A stretch of DNA of 64,000 nucleotides. It comes from an uncultured Bacillales bacterium. GTDB taxonomy: Bacteria > Bacillota_I > Bacilli_A > RF39 > UBA660. Positions 53,824 to 64,000 of the stretch are shown here, in pieces. How positions within the stretch are numbered: the first letter of the stretch is position 1; every line of letters begins with the position of its first letter. The position numbers and the translations under genes are program-made. The DNA lies in NCBI GenBank assembly GCA_946534345.1, contig CAMNCL010000006.1, forward strand, positions 50-64,049, given 5' to 3'. The notes under the pieces are model-generated. The model had not been told where the DNA came from, searched no databases, and worked only from the letters and a program-made list of their open reading frames with translations.

Positions 53824-55239
53824 TTATGCCTTTTTAGTTTTAATTCTAGCAACTAAAATTTCTTCAATTATAAATGATAATACAACACCTGCGATTAGAG
53901 GGATATTATCTTGAAGATATTCAGCACTGAAATCACCAAAGATTGTAAATACAACTCCAGCAATTAAAATTACGAATGGCACAATAGCAGCAACTTTTTC
54001 CATTACACCACTAACTGGCATTCTATAAGGTCTCTTCTTATCTGCATCTACTTTTCTAAGTTTTAAGAAAGCTAGGAACATTGGAATGTATCCAACTAAT
54101 AATGTAATCCAGCTTAAGCAGAAGAATAATGCGAATCCTGCACCAAAGTCTTCTGAAACTAAGTTTGCAATTATACCAAATACTACAATTACTGAAGCAA
54201 CAATACCATTGATATAAGCAGCTGTAGCTGGTACACCTTCACTATTTGTTTTAGCAAATATTTTTGGCATAGAACCATCTTCTGCAGCATATTTAGCTAC
54301 TTCATTAACTCCAAATGACCATGAAGCAATATTTGCGATGAATGTATAAATAAACATAAATCCAGCAATTACAACAATTACTTGCATAGTAGCAGGACTT
54401 AATCCAACTGCTGTGAATAATGCTTTTAATACTTCTACAACATTTTCAGGATCCATATTTCCAACTACATCAGGGCTTAGTGCAATATTAAATCCTGTAG
54501 CAGGTAAAACATAGAAAATAGCCATTAATAATCCACCAAAGATTAACGCTTTAGGAATATCTTTCTTTGGATTTTCCATATCATCTACCCAAGTACCAAC
54601 TACTTCGAATCCCATAAAGTTAAATAGGATAATTGAAATAAATGGTAATCCTGTATCAATATTTAATGATAAATCTGGAAGTAAATCTTTAAAACTAGTA
54701 ATTGGATTAGCACTTTCTCCAGTCTTAAGAACTGTATAAATTCCTAAACAACCAATTCCTAATAGTAATAATACTTTAAATGCTGTTCCTAAATTAACAA
54801 CATATTTACTCTCACCAATTCTTTGAGTACTTAATAGTGTTACTACCCATACATATAGTAATTGTAATACTAATAGTGCAATAACACTTAGTTCAATATT
54901 GAACATACCAGCAACTATATCAGTTACTGCAACTGCTAGTGAAGCAATCCATAATGGGAAGTTAACCCAATAATTCCATGCTACACGTCCAGCCCATTTA
55001 GGTCCGAATGCACGTTTTACCCAATCATACATTCCACCTTCACTTGGATAAGTAGTTCCAAGTTCAGCAGTAATCATACCATATGGAACACAGAAACATA
55101 ATAGTAAGAAAATCCACCAGAAATATTGTGAGTTACCAATAGCTGCTGTAGGCATAACTGATTCACAAACTAAAGTTAAACATACAGTTCCTAGTATGGC
55201 GTCCATCAATTTAAATTTTTTCTTTGACTTTTCAGCCAT
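53824..55239 (-). CDS. aguD: APC-family amino acid/polyamine permease (agmatine:putrescine antiporter candidate)
   Basis: 471 aa, 12-13 TM. Lies between the carbamoyltransferase and agmatine deiminase genes. Confidence 0.75.
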   Translation of the reverse strand: MAEKSKKKFKLMDAILGTVCLTLVCESVMPTAAIGNSQYFWWIFLLLCFCVPYGMITAELGTTYPSEGGMYDWVKRAFGPKWAGRVAWNYWVNFPLWIASLAVAVTDIVAGMFNIELSVIALLVLQLLYVWVVTLLSTQRIGESKYVVNLGTAFKVLLLLGIGCLGIYTVLKTGESANPITSFKDLLPDLSLNIDTGLPFISIILFNFMGFEVVGTWVDDMENPKKDIPKALIFGGLLMAIFYVLPATGFNIALSPDVVGNMDPENVVEVLKALFTAVGLSPATMQVIVVIAGFMFIYTFIANIASWSFGVNEVAKYAAEDGSMPKIFAKTNSEGVPATAAYINGIVASVIVVFGIIANLVSEDFGAGFALFFCLSWITLLVGYIPMFLAFLKLRKVDADKKRPYRMPVSGVMEKVAAIVPFVILIAGVVFTIFGDFSAEYLQDNIPLIAGVVLSFIIEEILVARIKTKKA

Positions 55240-55263
55240 CTTTCTTTCACTCCTTTAATTAAA

Positions 55264-56247
55264 TTACAATCCTAGATTCTTCTTGCAAATTTCAATTGTT
55301 AAATCTTTTTGTCCCATTAAATATACAAGTAATCCACGCATCGCAGTAAGTCTGTTTTCTGCTTCATCGAAACAGATTGAAACTTCTGGATCATCCATGA
55401 TTTCATCAGTAACTTCTTCACCACGAGTTGCAGGTAAACAGTGCATAAATTTAACATTTGGTGCACATTTGTTTATCATTTCTCTATTTACTTGATATTT
55501 AGGATAGAATATTTTCATTCTTTCATCTTTTGGTAATTCAGATTCATATAATCCATACCAAACATCCGTATATACAAAGTCAGCACCTGTTAAAGCTTCA
55601 GTCTCATCATCAGTTACAAGATAAGTTCCTCCACTTTCTTTACAGTTAGCTTCTAAGATATCTAAATAATCTCCTCTTAGTTGGAAATCTTTTGGTCCAT
55701 AATGTACAAAATGACCACCCATCTTTGTAATCATCATACCAAGTGATGCACATACTTGAGTACAATCTCCTACAAAGACTACTTTTAAGTCTTCAACTTT
55801 CTTACCTTCTGGCATATGTTCAAAAATAGTAATGATATCTCCCATTTCTTGAGTTGGGTGATTCCAATCACTCATACCATTAAGTACTGGAACAGTTGAA
55901 TACTGTGCAAGCTCTTGAACAGTTTTGTGTTCAATAACTCTAGCCATCAAAACATCAACAAGTCTTGATAAAACGATTGAAGTATCCTTCATAGATTCAT
56001 GTTTACCAAGTTGAATTTGTCCTGGTGCTAAGTATTGAGCATGTCCACCTAGTTGTGTCATAGCAGTTTCAAAAGACACACGAGTTCTAGTAGATGCTTG
56101 TTCAAAAATCATTCCTAGTGTCTTATGATAAAGTACATTAAGAGCATATCCGGCTTTAATATTCTTCTTGATAATTAAGCTAAGCCTAATGATATCTAAT
56201 AACTCCTGCTTTGTATAATCTTGTGTTGAAATGTAATCTCTCTTCAT
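55264..56247 (-). CDS. ptcA: Putrescine carbamoyltransferase (OTCase family)
   Basis: [13 protein letters not shown] and [11 protein letters not shown] motifs. The OTC SMG loop is replaced by DVWYGLYE. Lies in an agmatine deiminase cluster. Confidence 0.7.
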   Translation of the reverse strand: MKRDYISTQDYTKQELLDIIRLSLIIKKNIKAGYALNVLYHKTLGMIFEQASTRTRVSFETAMTQLGGHAQYLAPGQIQLGKHESMKDTSIVLSRLVDVLMARVIEHKTVQELAQYSTVPVLNGMSDWNHPTQEMGDIITIFEHMPEGKKVEDLKVVFVGDCTQVCASLGMMITKMGGHFVHYGPKDFQLRGDYLDILEANCKESGGTYLVTDDETEALTGADFVYTDVWYGLYESELPKDERMKIFYPKYQVNREMINKCAPNVKFMHCLPATRGEEVTDEIMDDPEVSICFDEAENRLTAMRGLLVYLMGQKDLTIEICKKNLGL

Positions 56248-56320
56248 TCTCTACCTCCTATTATAATTTTAGAACTTTATAGTGAAAAATTCAACAAAAA
56301 AGTAAAATATGTATCATATC

Positions 56321-57322
56321 TTACTTCATTTTAGCCCATAGTCTGTCAAATCTTTTTATATTTTCTCCTACATTCTTAATATAACTACCATTATTTAGTA
56401 TTTCTTTTAATTCTTCATCTGAATAATTACTAGTATTTTTATTAGTAGAAATATATGGATAATCATCTATTATTTTTTGACATACTTCGTCTCTTAATAA
56501 ATAATCTATAAACTTATAGGCATTATCTACATTAGTAGATCCTTTAGTAATAACATAATTATCCATACTAAGAGCATAACCACTTCTAGGATAAACAATT
56601 ACAATATTTGGATTATGATCTTTAGCTAGAATTGCTTCTGCATTCCAAAGTACTCCAATGTTAGTTTCATTTGTCATTAGGAATGACTTAGGTGAATCAC
56701 TATCAAAAGCTTTTATATTATCTTTAAGACTACTATAGAATTCATATGCTTCTTCTAAATGTTCATCATTATAATCATTGATATCATAGCCTAGAGCTTG
56801 TAGGAAAGCACCTATTGTTATTCTCTCATCATCTAGTAAAACAATATCGTTTTTGTAATCTTCACGAACTAAGTCTTTATAATCGTAAATATCATTAACA
56901 TTTTCTCTATTATAAGCAATTACACTAGTAGCGAGTAAAAATGGTAATGAATAACTATTAGTCTTATCATATGATTGTTTTAAAAATACTTTATCAATAT
57001 TTTTATAAGTAGATAATCTACTTATATCTAGCTTTTGTAACATATTTTTATTAATCATTAATTCAACCATATAGTCACTAGGAAAAACTACATCATATGT
57101 ACCATCTTTAGATGAAGATAACTTAGCTAATAATTCTTCATTAGATGAATATGTACCATAATTAACTTTAATACCTGTTTCTTTTTCAAAGTCTTTTATA
57201 ACTTCATCAGGAATATATGATGACCAGTTTAATACATTTACTACTTGTTTATTTTTATTACTAGTACAACCTGTTAAAAGTAATAGACAAACAAATATAA
57301 TTAATAATTTATACTTCTTCAT
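56321..57322 (-). CDS. potD: Spermidine/putrescine ABC transporter substrate-binding lipoprotein
   Basis: Lipobox LLLTGC and a PotD-like fold. Last gene of the potABCD order. Confidence 0.85.
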   Translation of the reverse strand: MKKYKLLIIFVCLLLLTGCTSNKNKQVVNVLNWSSYIPDEVIKDFEKETGIKVNYGTYSSNEELLAKLSSSKDGTYDVVFPSDYMVELMINKNMLQKLDISRLSTYKNIDKVFLKQSYDKTNSYSLPFLLATSVIAYNRENVNDIYDYKDLVREDYKNDIVLLDDERITIGAFLQALGYDINDYNDEHLEEAYEFYSSLKDNIKAFDSDSPKSFLMTNETNIGVLWNAEAILAKDHNPNIVIVYPRSGYALSMDNYVITKGSTNVDNAYKFIDYLLRDEVCQKIIDDYPYISTNKNTSNYSDEELKEILNNGSYIKNVGENIKRFDRLWAKMK

Positions 57323-58110
57323 TAATATCCCCTCCTAGCAATTTTACGAGATTGATATATAGCTGAAGTAGTTAAAATAATTATAGTTGCGACTAATAAT
57401 AATGTTGATAAAGCATTAACATCAGGTGTAATACCTGTTTTTATAATACTATAAATCTGTAATGGTAATGTATTACTACCAGGTCCAGCTGTAAAATAAC
57501 TAATTACAACATCATCCATTGATAGAGTTAAGGCAAGTGTTGCTCCACTGATAACTCCTGGCATAATTAATGGAAGAGTTACTTTAGTAAAGACATTAAA
57601 TCTACTAGCTCCTAAATCATAAGCTGCTTCTTCATATTCTTTTGGTAATAAATTTAAAGTAGATCTTACACTTGTAATTACAAATGGAATTGAAAAAGCA
57701 ATATGAGAAATAATTAAACTAAGCATACCTAATTGTAGATTAGCTATTGTATAAACACTAAGTAGTGATATACCTAATACAATCTCTGGAATAACTATTG
57801 GTATATAAATAAGACCATTAACTATTTTCTTAAATGGGAAATTATATTTATATAATCCAATTGCAGATATAGTACCAATAATAGTAGATGTAACAGTAGA
57901 TACTCCAGCAATTATTAATGTATTTCTAAATGCTTCTAATAAATCAGTATTATGGAATAATGTCTTATACCAATCAAAAGTAAATCCTGTAAAAACAACA
58001 TTCATACGTGATTTATTAAATGAATAAACAACTAAGACGATTATTGGAGCATATAAGAAGATAAATGTAAGTACAATTGTTAAATTCTTTATAAATTTAC
58101 CTTTATTCAT
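57322..58110 (-). CDS. potC: Spermidine/putrescine ABC transporter permease
   Basis: 6 TM with EAAYDLGASRFNVFTKVTLP EAA loop. Confidence 0.85.
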   Translation of the reverse strand: MNKGKFIKNLTIVLTFIFLYAPIIVLVVYSFNKSRMNVVFTGFTFDWYKTLFHNTDLLEAFRNTLIIAGVSTVTSTIIGTISAIGLYKYNFPFKKIVNGLIYIPIVIPEIVLGISLLSVYTIANLQLGMLSLIISHIAFSIPFVITSVRSTLNLLPKEYEEAAYDLGASRFNVFTKVTLPLIMPGVISGATLALTLSMDDVVISYFTAGPGSNTLPLQIYSIIKTGITPDVNALSTLLLVATIIILTTSAIYQSRKIARRGY

Positions 58111-58979
58111 TACATTCCACCTCCTAAATCATCCATCTTACCACCTAGTCCTTTATATACTCTAACTAGTAGTAATGTCATAATAATTAAGAAGATTGAG
58201 ATAGCTGCACCAAAAGGCCAGTTTCTAGCAGTTAAGAATTGATTCTTAATTAAGTTACCAATTATCATTATCTTTCCACCACCAAGGATATCTGTAATAA
58301 AGAAATATCCTATCGCAGGAATAAATACCATTAATGATCCATTAAAAGCACCTGATATAGTAAGTGGTAAATATACTTTAGTAAATGTTTTAATCTTACT
58401 AGCTCCTAAGTCATATGAAGCTTCTATTAAGTTTCTATCTACTTTAGATACAGCACTATATACTGGTAAAATCATAAATGGTAATAATGTATAAACCATA
58501 CCTATAATAATACCCAAGTTATTATACATTAAACTTAACGGATCATGAATAAGTCCTAATCCTAATAAACCACTATTTATAATTCCATTTTTACGAAGTA
58601 GAACAATCCATCCATAAGTTCTAATTAATGAATTAGTTAAGAATGGAACCATTACTAATTTAATTAATAGATTCCTAGTAGTTTCTTTTTTAGACATTAA
58701 TGATATAGCAAATGGATAAGCAATAAATAAACATATTGTAGTAGTAATTAAAGCTATACCAATTGATTTTAAAAATATTTTTATATAAGTAATATTAAAT
58801 ATTTCAGCATAATTAGATAATGTAAAAGTATAAATCATACCACCATAAGAATCACTCTTAAAAAAACTAATTAATAAGACATAAAGAATTGGTAGTAAGA
58901 TTAATAATAAACTATATACTATAACAGGTATAGTAAATAAGTATTTTTCTAAACTACTCTTCTTATTCATCTTTGTCAC
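58110..58979 (-). CDS. potB: Spermidine/putrescine ABC transporter permease
   Basis: 6 TM with EASYDLGASKIKTFTKVYLP EAA loop. Confidence 0.85.
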   Translation of the reverse strand: MTKMNKKSSLEKYLFTIPVIVYSLLLILLPILYVLLISFFKSDSYGGMIYTFTLSNYAEIFNITYIKIFLKSIGIALITTTICLFIAYPFAISLMSKKETTRNLLIKLVMVPFLTNSLIRTYGWIVLLRKNGIINSGLLGLGLIHDPLSLMYNNLGIIIGMVYTLLPFMILPVYSAVSKVDRNLIEASYDLGASKIKTFTKVYLPLTISGAFNGSLMVFIPAIGYFFITDILGGGKIMIIGNLIKNQFLTARNWPFGAAISIFLIIMTLLLVRVYKGLGGKMDDLGGGM

Positions 58980-60027
58980 CTATTATAATTACTTTATTTT
59001 TATCTATATCAATATTAATGATTTCTCCTTCATTAAATATATCACTATCATATTGATGTACTTTTAATATCTTATCTCCTACTTCTACTTCTAATTTTAC
59101 TATAGCCCCATCATACATATAGTTTTTAACTACACCTACAAATGATTCTTTAACAGGATTTTTATGTGGATTAAAGTTCTCTGGTCGAACAATCAAAGTA
59201 ACTTTACCTTTTTTGTAATCATTATTAGGAACAGCTAATTCTACATCATCTGTTAATTTAACATAAGCTGTATCATCTACTATTCTAACTATTTCTGTTT
59301 TTATAATATTAGACTCTCCAATAAAGTCTGCAGCAAAAGCTGTTTGTGGTTTAGAATAAATCTCTTTTGGTGAGGCTAATTGTTCAATATTACCTTTATT
59401 AATAATAACTATTCTATCACTCATTGTAAGAGCTTCATCTTGATCATGTGTAACATAGATAAATGTAATTCCTAATTTCTTTTGTAATTTCTTTAGTTCT
59501 CCTTGCATTTCTCTTTTTAGTTTTAAATCAAGTGAACATAATGATTCATCTAATAATAAAACTTTATGGTTCATTACTATTCCACGAGCAATCGCAACTC
59601 TTTGTTGTTGTCCACCTGATAGTTGAGCTGGATATCTATTTTCAAAACCATCTAATTGAACTAATTTAATAGCTCTCTTAATTCTTTTTTCTGCTTCAAT
59701 TTCTGGAACTTTATTCATTTTTAAACCAAAATTAATATTATCCCAAACTGTCATATGAGGAAATAATGCAAAGTTTTGGAAAATTGTATTAACTTTTCTT
59801 TTCGCAGGTATTTCATTAGTAACATCTTCACCTTCAATAAAAACCTTACCTTCTGTAGCTTCTTCTAATCCACTAATGATTCTAAGTAAAGTAGTTTTAC
59901 CACATCCACTTGGTCCTAAAAAAGTAATAAACTCTCCTTCATAAATATCTAAAGAAAAATTCTTAATAATTTTCTTATCATTAAAAGTCTTACTAATATT
60001 TTCTAATCTTACTATTACATTATCCAT
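58963..60027 (-). CDS. potA: Spermidine/putrescine ABC transporter ATPase
   Basis: GPSGCGKTT Walker A, LSGGQQQRVAIAR signature, and a TOBE-like C-terminus. Confidence 0.9.
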   Translation of the reverse strand: MDNVIVRLENISKTFNDKKIIKNFSLDIYEGEFITFLGPSGCGKTTLLRIISGLEEATEGKVFIEGEDVTNEIPAKRKVNTIFQNFALFPHMTVWDNINFGLKMNKVPEIEAEKRIKRAIKLVQLDGFENRYPAQLSGGQQQRVAIARGIVMNHKVLLLDESLCSLDLKLKREMQGELKKLQKKLGITFIYVTHDQDEALTMSDRIVIINKGNIEQLASPKEIYSKPQTAFAADFIGESNIIKTEIVRIVDDTAYVKLTDDVELAVPNNDYKKGKVTLIVRPENFNPHKNPVKESFVGVVKNYMYDGAIVKLEVEVGDKILKVHQYDSDIFNEGEIINIDIDKNKVIIIGDKDE

Positions 60028-60059
60028 ACTCTCACCTATTATAATAATATCATATAATT

Positions 60060-60088
60060 AAAAAAAATACAGTATTATTTAACTGTAC
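60060..60088 (-). terminator. Intrinsic terminator after 60109..60651
   Basis: GTACAGT-loop-ACTGTAT followed by a U-run on the minus strand. Confidence 0.6.
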
Positions 60089-60108
60089 TTTTATATTACT
60101 ATATTTAG

Positions 60109-60651
60109 TTATTTTTTTAATCTTGGATTTTCTTTAACAATCTCTATTACTTTCATTTCTCCATCTACTAATGTTTCGTAGACTGGTTCTTCTCCAACAC
60201 TATTAGGTCCATTATTCCAATAGTTTCTAGCTAATCTTAAGTTTTCTTCTTTATCATCAGTACCATCAAATGTATTCCAAGCATCTCCTGTAAAACTATT
60301 ACCTTTTACTTCTATTTTTACTATTTGGTAAGTTTTTTTACCTTGTGAAATATATAAGTTATACCATACTTCTGCTTCTTTTAAAGTACGAGATACATGA
60401 AGAGATGCAAGTCTAGATGGATAATTAGGAAACTCTTTTTGTCTTACTTCTTCCAAAGCATATTCACGTAATGCTTTTTTTAATTCTTCATTATTATCTA
60501 TCTTAGCCTTTTTTTCATACACTCTTTTTACAGTAGTACGATACTTATCAATCTTTTTATAAATAAAATTATGACGATATTCATCAAATACCATTTCTTG
60601 TCCTAATTCCATAGGCTTTTCAGTTACTACATGATAAAAGACTTGTTTCAT
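60109..60651 (-). CDS. Hypothetical protein (180 aa)
   Basis: Clean ORF. No motif recognised. Confidence 0.6.
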   Translation of the reverse strand: MKQVFYHVVTEKPMELGQEMVFDEYRHNFIYKKIDKYRTTVKRVYEKKAKIDNNEELKKALREYALEEVRQKEFPNYPSRLASLHVSRTLKEAEVWYNLYISQGKKTYQIVKIEVKGNSFTGDAWNTFDGTDDKEENLRLARNYWNNGPNSVGEEPVYETLVDGEMKVIEIVKENPRLKK

Positions 60652-60655
60652 TATT

Positions 60656-60988
60656 TCACTTCCTTGAGATTGTTTTTTCTAAATAAATTCTCTTTTCAAA
60701 TCCACCTTTAATTAATTTCTTCTCTTGAGCACTTTCAATTACCTCAGAAAAATGTGCATCTTCTAAACTAGCTATAGCTTTTAAAACTTCTAGTACATCT
60801 CCTAATTCTTCAATTAATTCTTCTCTAGAAGTTGCATTTTCTACTTCATTGCATTCTTCTTTTAGTTTTCTAAATAATTCACGACGGAATTCTTCTTGTC
60901 CCATGCTTCTATATATAGGTTTTTCATGTTGTCTTTTAATAATTTCAGGTACATTATCCCTTACTAATTTGTCATATATTTTTACCAT
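60656..60988 (-). CDS. MazG-like nucleoside triphosphate pyrophosphohydrolase (small all-alpha type)
   Basis: IYDKLVRDNVPEII ... EELGDVLEVLKAIA EExxE/D metal-binding pattern, 110 aa. Confidence 0.7.
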   Translation of the reverse strand: MVKIYDKLVRDNVPEIIKRQHEKPIYRSMGQEEFRRELFRKLKEECNEVENATSREELIEELGDVLEVLKAIASLEDAHFSEVIESAQEKKLIKGGFEKRIYLEKTISRK

Positions 60989-61042
60989 TATAAAACCTCC
61001 CCAAATAATTATAACACATAAAAAGAATAGTTAAAACTATTC

Positions 61043-61480
61043 TTACTTAGTAAATTTAACTGTAATATTACTACTTCCTAGATCTTCTAAATTATCTATA
61101 TGACCAATCTTAGTATAACTATAGGTTGTATCAAATGATTTATAAAATATAACTAAACAGTTGTCTCCAAATAACATTACGTCTCCACTATTAATATGTT
61201 TAGGATTAGAAGAAGCAGTTGATAGAGACTTATCTAAATATAGATACTTTTCATTGCCATTTAATTCAGTCATTTCTTCTTCTATTGGAAGTAATTCTAA
61301 TAATTCTTTTACTGTCTTATTATCTTCTAAATCTAGATTATATTCTTTATTATTAATTATTACATTTATCATAGATATATCACTATCCTTATTTATCTCT
61401 TTTTCTACTTTTTGTTCTTTTACTGATGAACATGCAGTAAGTAATAGTATTACTATTAATAGACTTAATACTTTTTTCAT
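61043..61480 (-). CDS. Lipoprotein with cyclophilin-like-fold domain (candidate)
   Basis: Lipobox LLTACS. The pattern LDLEDNKTVKELLELLP...ELNGNEKY...GDVMLFGDNCLVIFYKSF resembles the cyclophilin-like family often found next to flavoenzymes. Confidence 0.6.
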   Translation of the reverse strand: MKKVLSLLIVILLLTACSSVKEQKVEKEINKDSDISMINVIINNKEYNLDLEDNKTVKELLELLPIEEEMTELNGNEKYLYLDKSLSTASSNPKHINSGDVMLFGDNCLVIFYKSFDTTYSYTKIGHIDNLEDLGSSNITVKFTK

Positions 61481-61489
61481 ATTTATTAC

Positions 61490-61996
61490 CTATACATATT
61501 CAACTATTTCAGTTAAATCCTTTCTCTTATTATGATTTGGACTAGCTGGGCAGGTTTCATCTTTATAACCAATTGGTAATAAACATATTGGTACTAAGTT
61601 ATCAGTTAGATTAAATTCTTCTTTTAATACTTCTCCATCAAACATTTCTACCCAAATATTATTAAGTCCTTGATTAGTTGCTTCTAAAATCATATGAGTA
61701 GCAACTATACAAGCATCCATTTCATATGTAGAATAATCTCCTTTAGTATAGGCAATATCTTTATCACCACATACTAGTAATACAACAGGTGCATTATATC
61801 TACAAGGACTAGCTTTATCTATTTTTTCTAATCCTTCACTACTTTTTACAACATATATTTTTATAGGTTGAAGATTCTTTGCCGTAGGAGCAATTCTACC
61901 TGCCTCTAAAACACTATCTAGTTTTTCTTGTTCTATTTCTTTACTACTAAACTTTCTAGTAGCTTGTCTTTCTCTTATTACTTTATCAAATTCCAT
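61490..61996 (-). CDS. Nitroreductase family protein
   Basis: IRERQATRKFS ... GRIAPTAKNLQP motifs, 168 aa. Confidence 0.85.
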   Translation of the reverse strand: MEFDKVIRERQATRKFSSKEIEQEKLDSVLEAGRIAPTAKNLQPIKIYVVKSSEGLEKIDKASPCRYNAPVVLLVCGDKDIAYTKGDYSTYEMDACIVATHMILEATNQGLNNIWVEMFDGEVLKEEFNLTDNLVPICLLPIGYKDETCPASPNHNKRKDLTEIVEYV

Positions 61997-62055
61997 GTAA
62001 CCATCTCCTAAACTATTATAACATAAAAAGAGAAATCTTTATTGATTCTCTTTAA

Positions 62056-64000
62056 TTAATCTCTAACAGGCTTTTTATTTACTTCTCTTAGTATTATCAT
62101 AGTTCCAATCATTATAATTGTAATACCAAAAAGAATTATATTTAAAATAGTTACTCCTGTATCTGGAATATTAGATACTACCTCAGAGACTATAGTATTA
62201 CTATTATCTTTCATAGTATTACTAGGTCTAAGAACAACAAAAGCATTTTGTCCGATAAGACTATCAATTACTTTTTTGCTCTCTTCTTGACTTAAAACCA
62301 CAAGTTTTCCTCCTTGAACAGTAACCAAAGAATTATTATCTATATATAAGTATGAACTATTTTCACTATTTGTATGCATATATGTATCAGATTGATAATC
62401 ATCATCATTTACATATATAATATCACCTATCATAAAGCTATTATTTGACCATGTTTTATTTCTTTTGTCATCTAATACATTATTATCGCCAGTGTCATTT
62501 TGAGTTTTTGCAAAAACGCCACCAAATAATCCACTAACATACATATCACGATAATTCTCATCAATATCATTTTTATTCTTTAATATAAATAGTTTTTTAC
62601 TTCCTGTTTCAAAAGTATGACCATATGTTGTATTTCCTGTTACATCAACAGTAAAATGGTATCCGTATTTATTAAAATAATCTTCTTCATTCTCATGCTT
62701 TGCAAATATTTTATTAAACACTTCATTTGCATCAGGAATATCTATTTTTGGATAAATATCTTTTAGTAAATCTTTCATATTAGCATAAGATTTATTATTA
62801 TCATTGCTTAGTTTTTTTATTTTTGAAACATCTTCATCTGATAGTCTATTTGTTACTAAAGTCTCAATACTATTTAGTTTAACACCATCTACTACTGTAT
62901 TATTATTAATAATTGTTCCTTTGTTGATTGCTTGAACAGTATATGAAACAGTCTTTTTAGAGTTTGCTGGTACAGAGATTGTCCATGATATATCATCATT
63001 TTGTAATCTAGCCTCTCCATCTCCTTCAAAACTTATAAATTTAGTATTAGCTGGAATACTATCTGTAACTAACAAATTGTCATAATTCTCATTAGTAGAT
63101 CTATTTTCTAAAGTAATGGTATATGTAATAGTATCTCCAATTTTTATAGTTTCATATTTTTCTACAGAGGCAGTCTTTGTTCTAACAAGTTTATCATGTT
63201 GCATACGTGCACAAGTCTTTGTAGTAATATTGTCGTTAGTCAATTCATTTAAAGGCCTAATGATTGATATTTCTATTACTTTAGGATCAGAAGAACCTGT
63301 ATTATGTGTTCCATCTTCAAATACATATTTACTATATTTATCCTTATAATTTAAAACATCTTGTTGTAAACTAACATAGCCAACAGTTCCCCAAGGATCT
63401 AAATTATCTGTTTTATTTTGATAGTTATAACTACCACCTGTACCTGTATAATCTCCATTGTAACTTTCTTTGTTTCTTGATGTGCTAGTTGCATTAATTA
63501 CTAAATCATCACCTAAGTATAGGACTACATGTCCCCATGATTTGTAACGGTATGAAATAACATCTCCAGGTTGTAAAACATTTGCAAAAACATCACGATA
63601 ATTACTAGCATTTATTGCTAAACCAGCTACATTTACATCAAATGTATTTGTTTCAAGATTAGCATAATATACTGCTATATTACTATTATAATAATTGGTC
63701 TTGTTTCTATTTGCCATATTAACAAATTTACCACTCTCAACAAGTCCTAGTTCAGTACCATCACCATATTTAAATGTATAACCAGAACCATTTTTTGAAA
63801 ACGCTTCATAATAAACATTTGCAACAAATTCAGAGCATACTGAATATTTTATATCTTGCATAGTAGCATCTTCTGGAGACTTAATACTATCACTTCGTCT
63901 CTTTCTTACGAGTTTATTACTATTACTGTTAAAAAACATACTATAATCATCATATTGTAGACTTCCGCCTCGATAATAGAAAGCATTTGCAACTGTTTTA
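62056..64000 (-). CDS. Sortase-anchored surface protein with NlpC/P60-like and DUF11-like repeat domains (5' end outside window)
   Basis: The reading frame stays open upstream of the track ATG (KTVANAFYYRGGSLQYDDYS...), so the gene is N-terminally truncated by the window. Contains a papain-fold region (YSVCSEFV ... GDVISYRYKSWGHVVLYLG) and IGDTITYTITLEN...LVTDSIPANTKF. The C-terminus has IPDTG, a hydrophobic span and a basic tail. Confidence 0.75.
   Translation of the reverse strand, partial: KTVANAFYYRGGSLQYDDYSMFFNSNSNKLVRKRRSDSIKSPEDATMQDIKYSVCSEFVANVYYEAFSKNGSGYTFKYGDGTELGLVESGKFVNMANRNKTNYYNSNIAVYYANLETNTFDVNVAGLAINASNYRDVFANVLQPGDVISYRYKSWGHVVLYLGDDLVINATSTSRNKESYNGDYTGTGGSYNYQNKTDNLDPWGTVGYVSLQQDVLNYKDKYSKYVFEDGTHNTGSSDPKVIEISIIRPLNELTNDNITTKTCARMQHDKLVRTKTASVEKYETIKIGDTITYTITLENRSTNENYDNLLVTDSIPANTKFISFEGDGEARLQNDDISWTISVPANSKKTVSYTVQAINKGTIINNNTVVDGVKLNSIETLVTNRLSDEDVSKIKKLSNDNNKSYANMKDLLKDIYPKIDIPDANEVFNKIFAKHENEEDYFNKYGYHFTVDVTGNTTYGHTFETGSKKLFILKNKNDIDENYRDMYVSGLFGGVFAKTQNDTGDNNVLDDKRNKTWSNNSFMIGDIIYVNDDDYQSDTYMHTNSENSSYLYIDNNSLVTVQGGKLVVLSQEESKKVIDSLIGQNAFVVLRPSNTMKDNSNTIVSEVVSNIPDTGVTILNIILFGITIIMIGTMIILREVNKKPVRD

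Noticed and set aside
7445-63349. Remaining opposite-strand track ORFs: 7445-7675, 20053-20559, 21689-21958, 24837-25028, 32481-32663, 35539-35751, 37385-37570, 49913-50143, 55283-55495, 60849-61034, 61161-61535, 63116-63349
   Set aside because: Each is nested antisense inside a longer ORF with clear homology or a clean gene structure. They are Ile/Leu/Phe/Ser-rich, as expected for reverse frames of AT-rich coding DNA, and none has a convincing RBS.
1-64000. Scan for CRISPR arrays, IS elements or transposases, prophage genes, and tRNA or rRNA genes
   Set aside because: I saw no regularly spaced short direct repeats, no transposase- or integrase-like ORF other than the housekeeping-type xerC, and no cloverleaf or rRNA-like G+C islands other than the 6S RNA, the T-box and the 27.4-27.6 kb patch.

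Overview
AT-rich Bacillota-type chromosome segment, about 25-30% G+C by eye. It is almost entirely minus-strand housekeeping genes in Bacillus-like synteny. In order: the dcw-cluster end (murG-murB-divIB ... ftsA-ftsZ), tmcAL-gmk, pyk, polA-mutM, lexA, tcdA, a 6S RNA, T-box-hisS-aspS, secDF-rel-dtd, xerC, topA, rnhB and rbgA. These are followed by a ~9.5 kb accessory block, a pot/agmatine-deiminase polyamine cluster, and redox and surface-protein genes. I saw no rRNA, tRNA, CRISPR, transposase or phage genes. The best candidate for something undescribed is at 42.9-45.6 kb. There, four unrelated single-gene cassettes sit head to tail, each bounded by a copy of the same ~45-nt segment. That segment is the RBS, start codon and first ~10 codons of the essential GTPase gene rbgA. 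The layout is integron-like or tandem-att-like, but no recombinase is adjacent. Other points worth a second look: (1) a two-paralog membrane protein plus FAD-oxidoreductase module inserted between divIB and ftsA; (2) an unannotated 49-aa membrane peptide divergent from lexA, with a Cheo box in its promoter spacer and a convergent orphan terminator, which could be an SOS division inhibitor or a type I toxin; (3) a membrane-anchored inhibitory-type serpin; (4) a ~56% G+C patch with foreign codon usage across the 3' end of a secreted Cys-rich protein; (5) an Asp-specifier T-box in front of hisS-aspS. All functional calls rest on motif recognition and synteny by eye. No searches were run.
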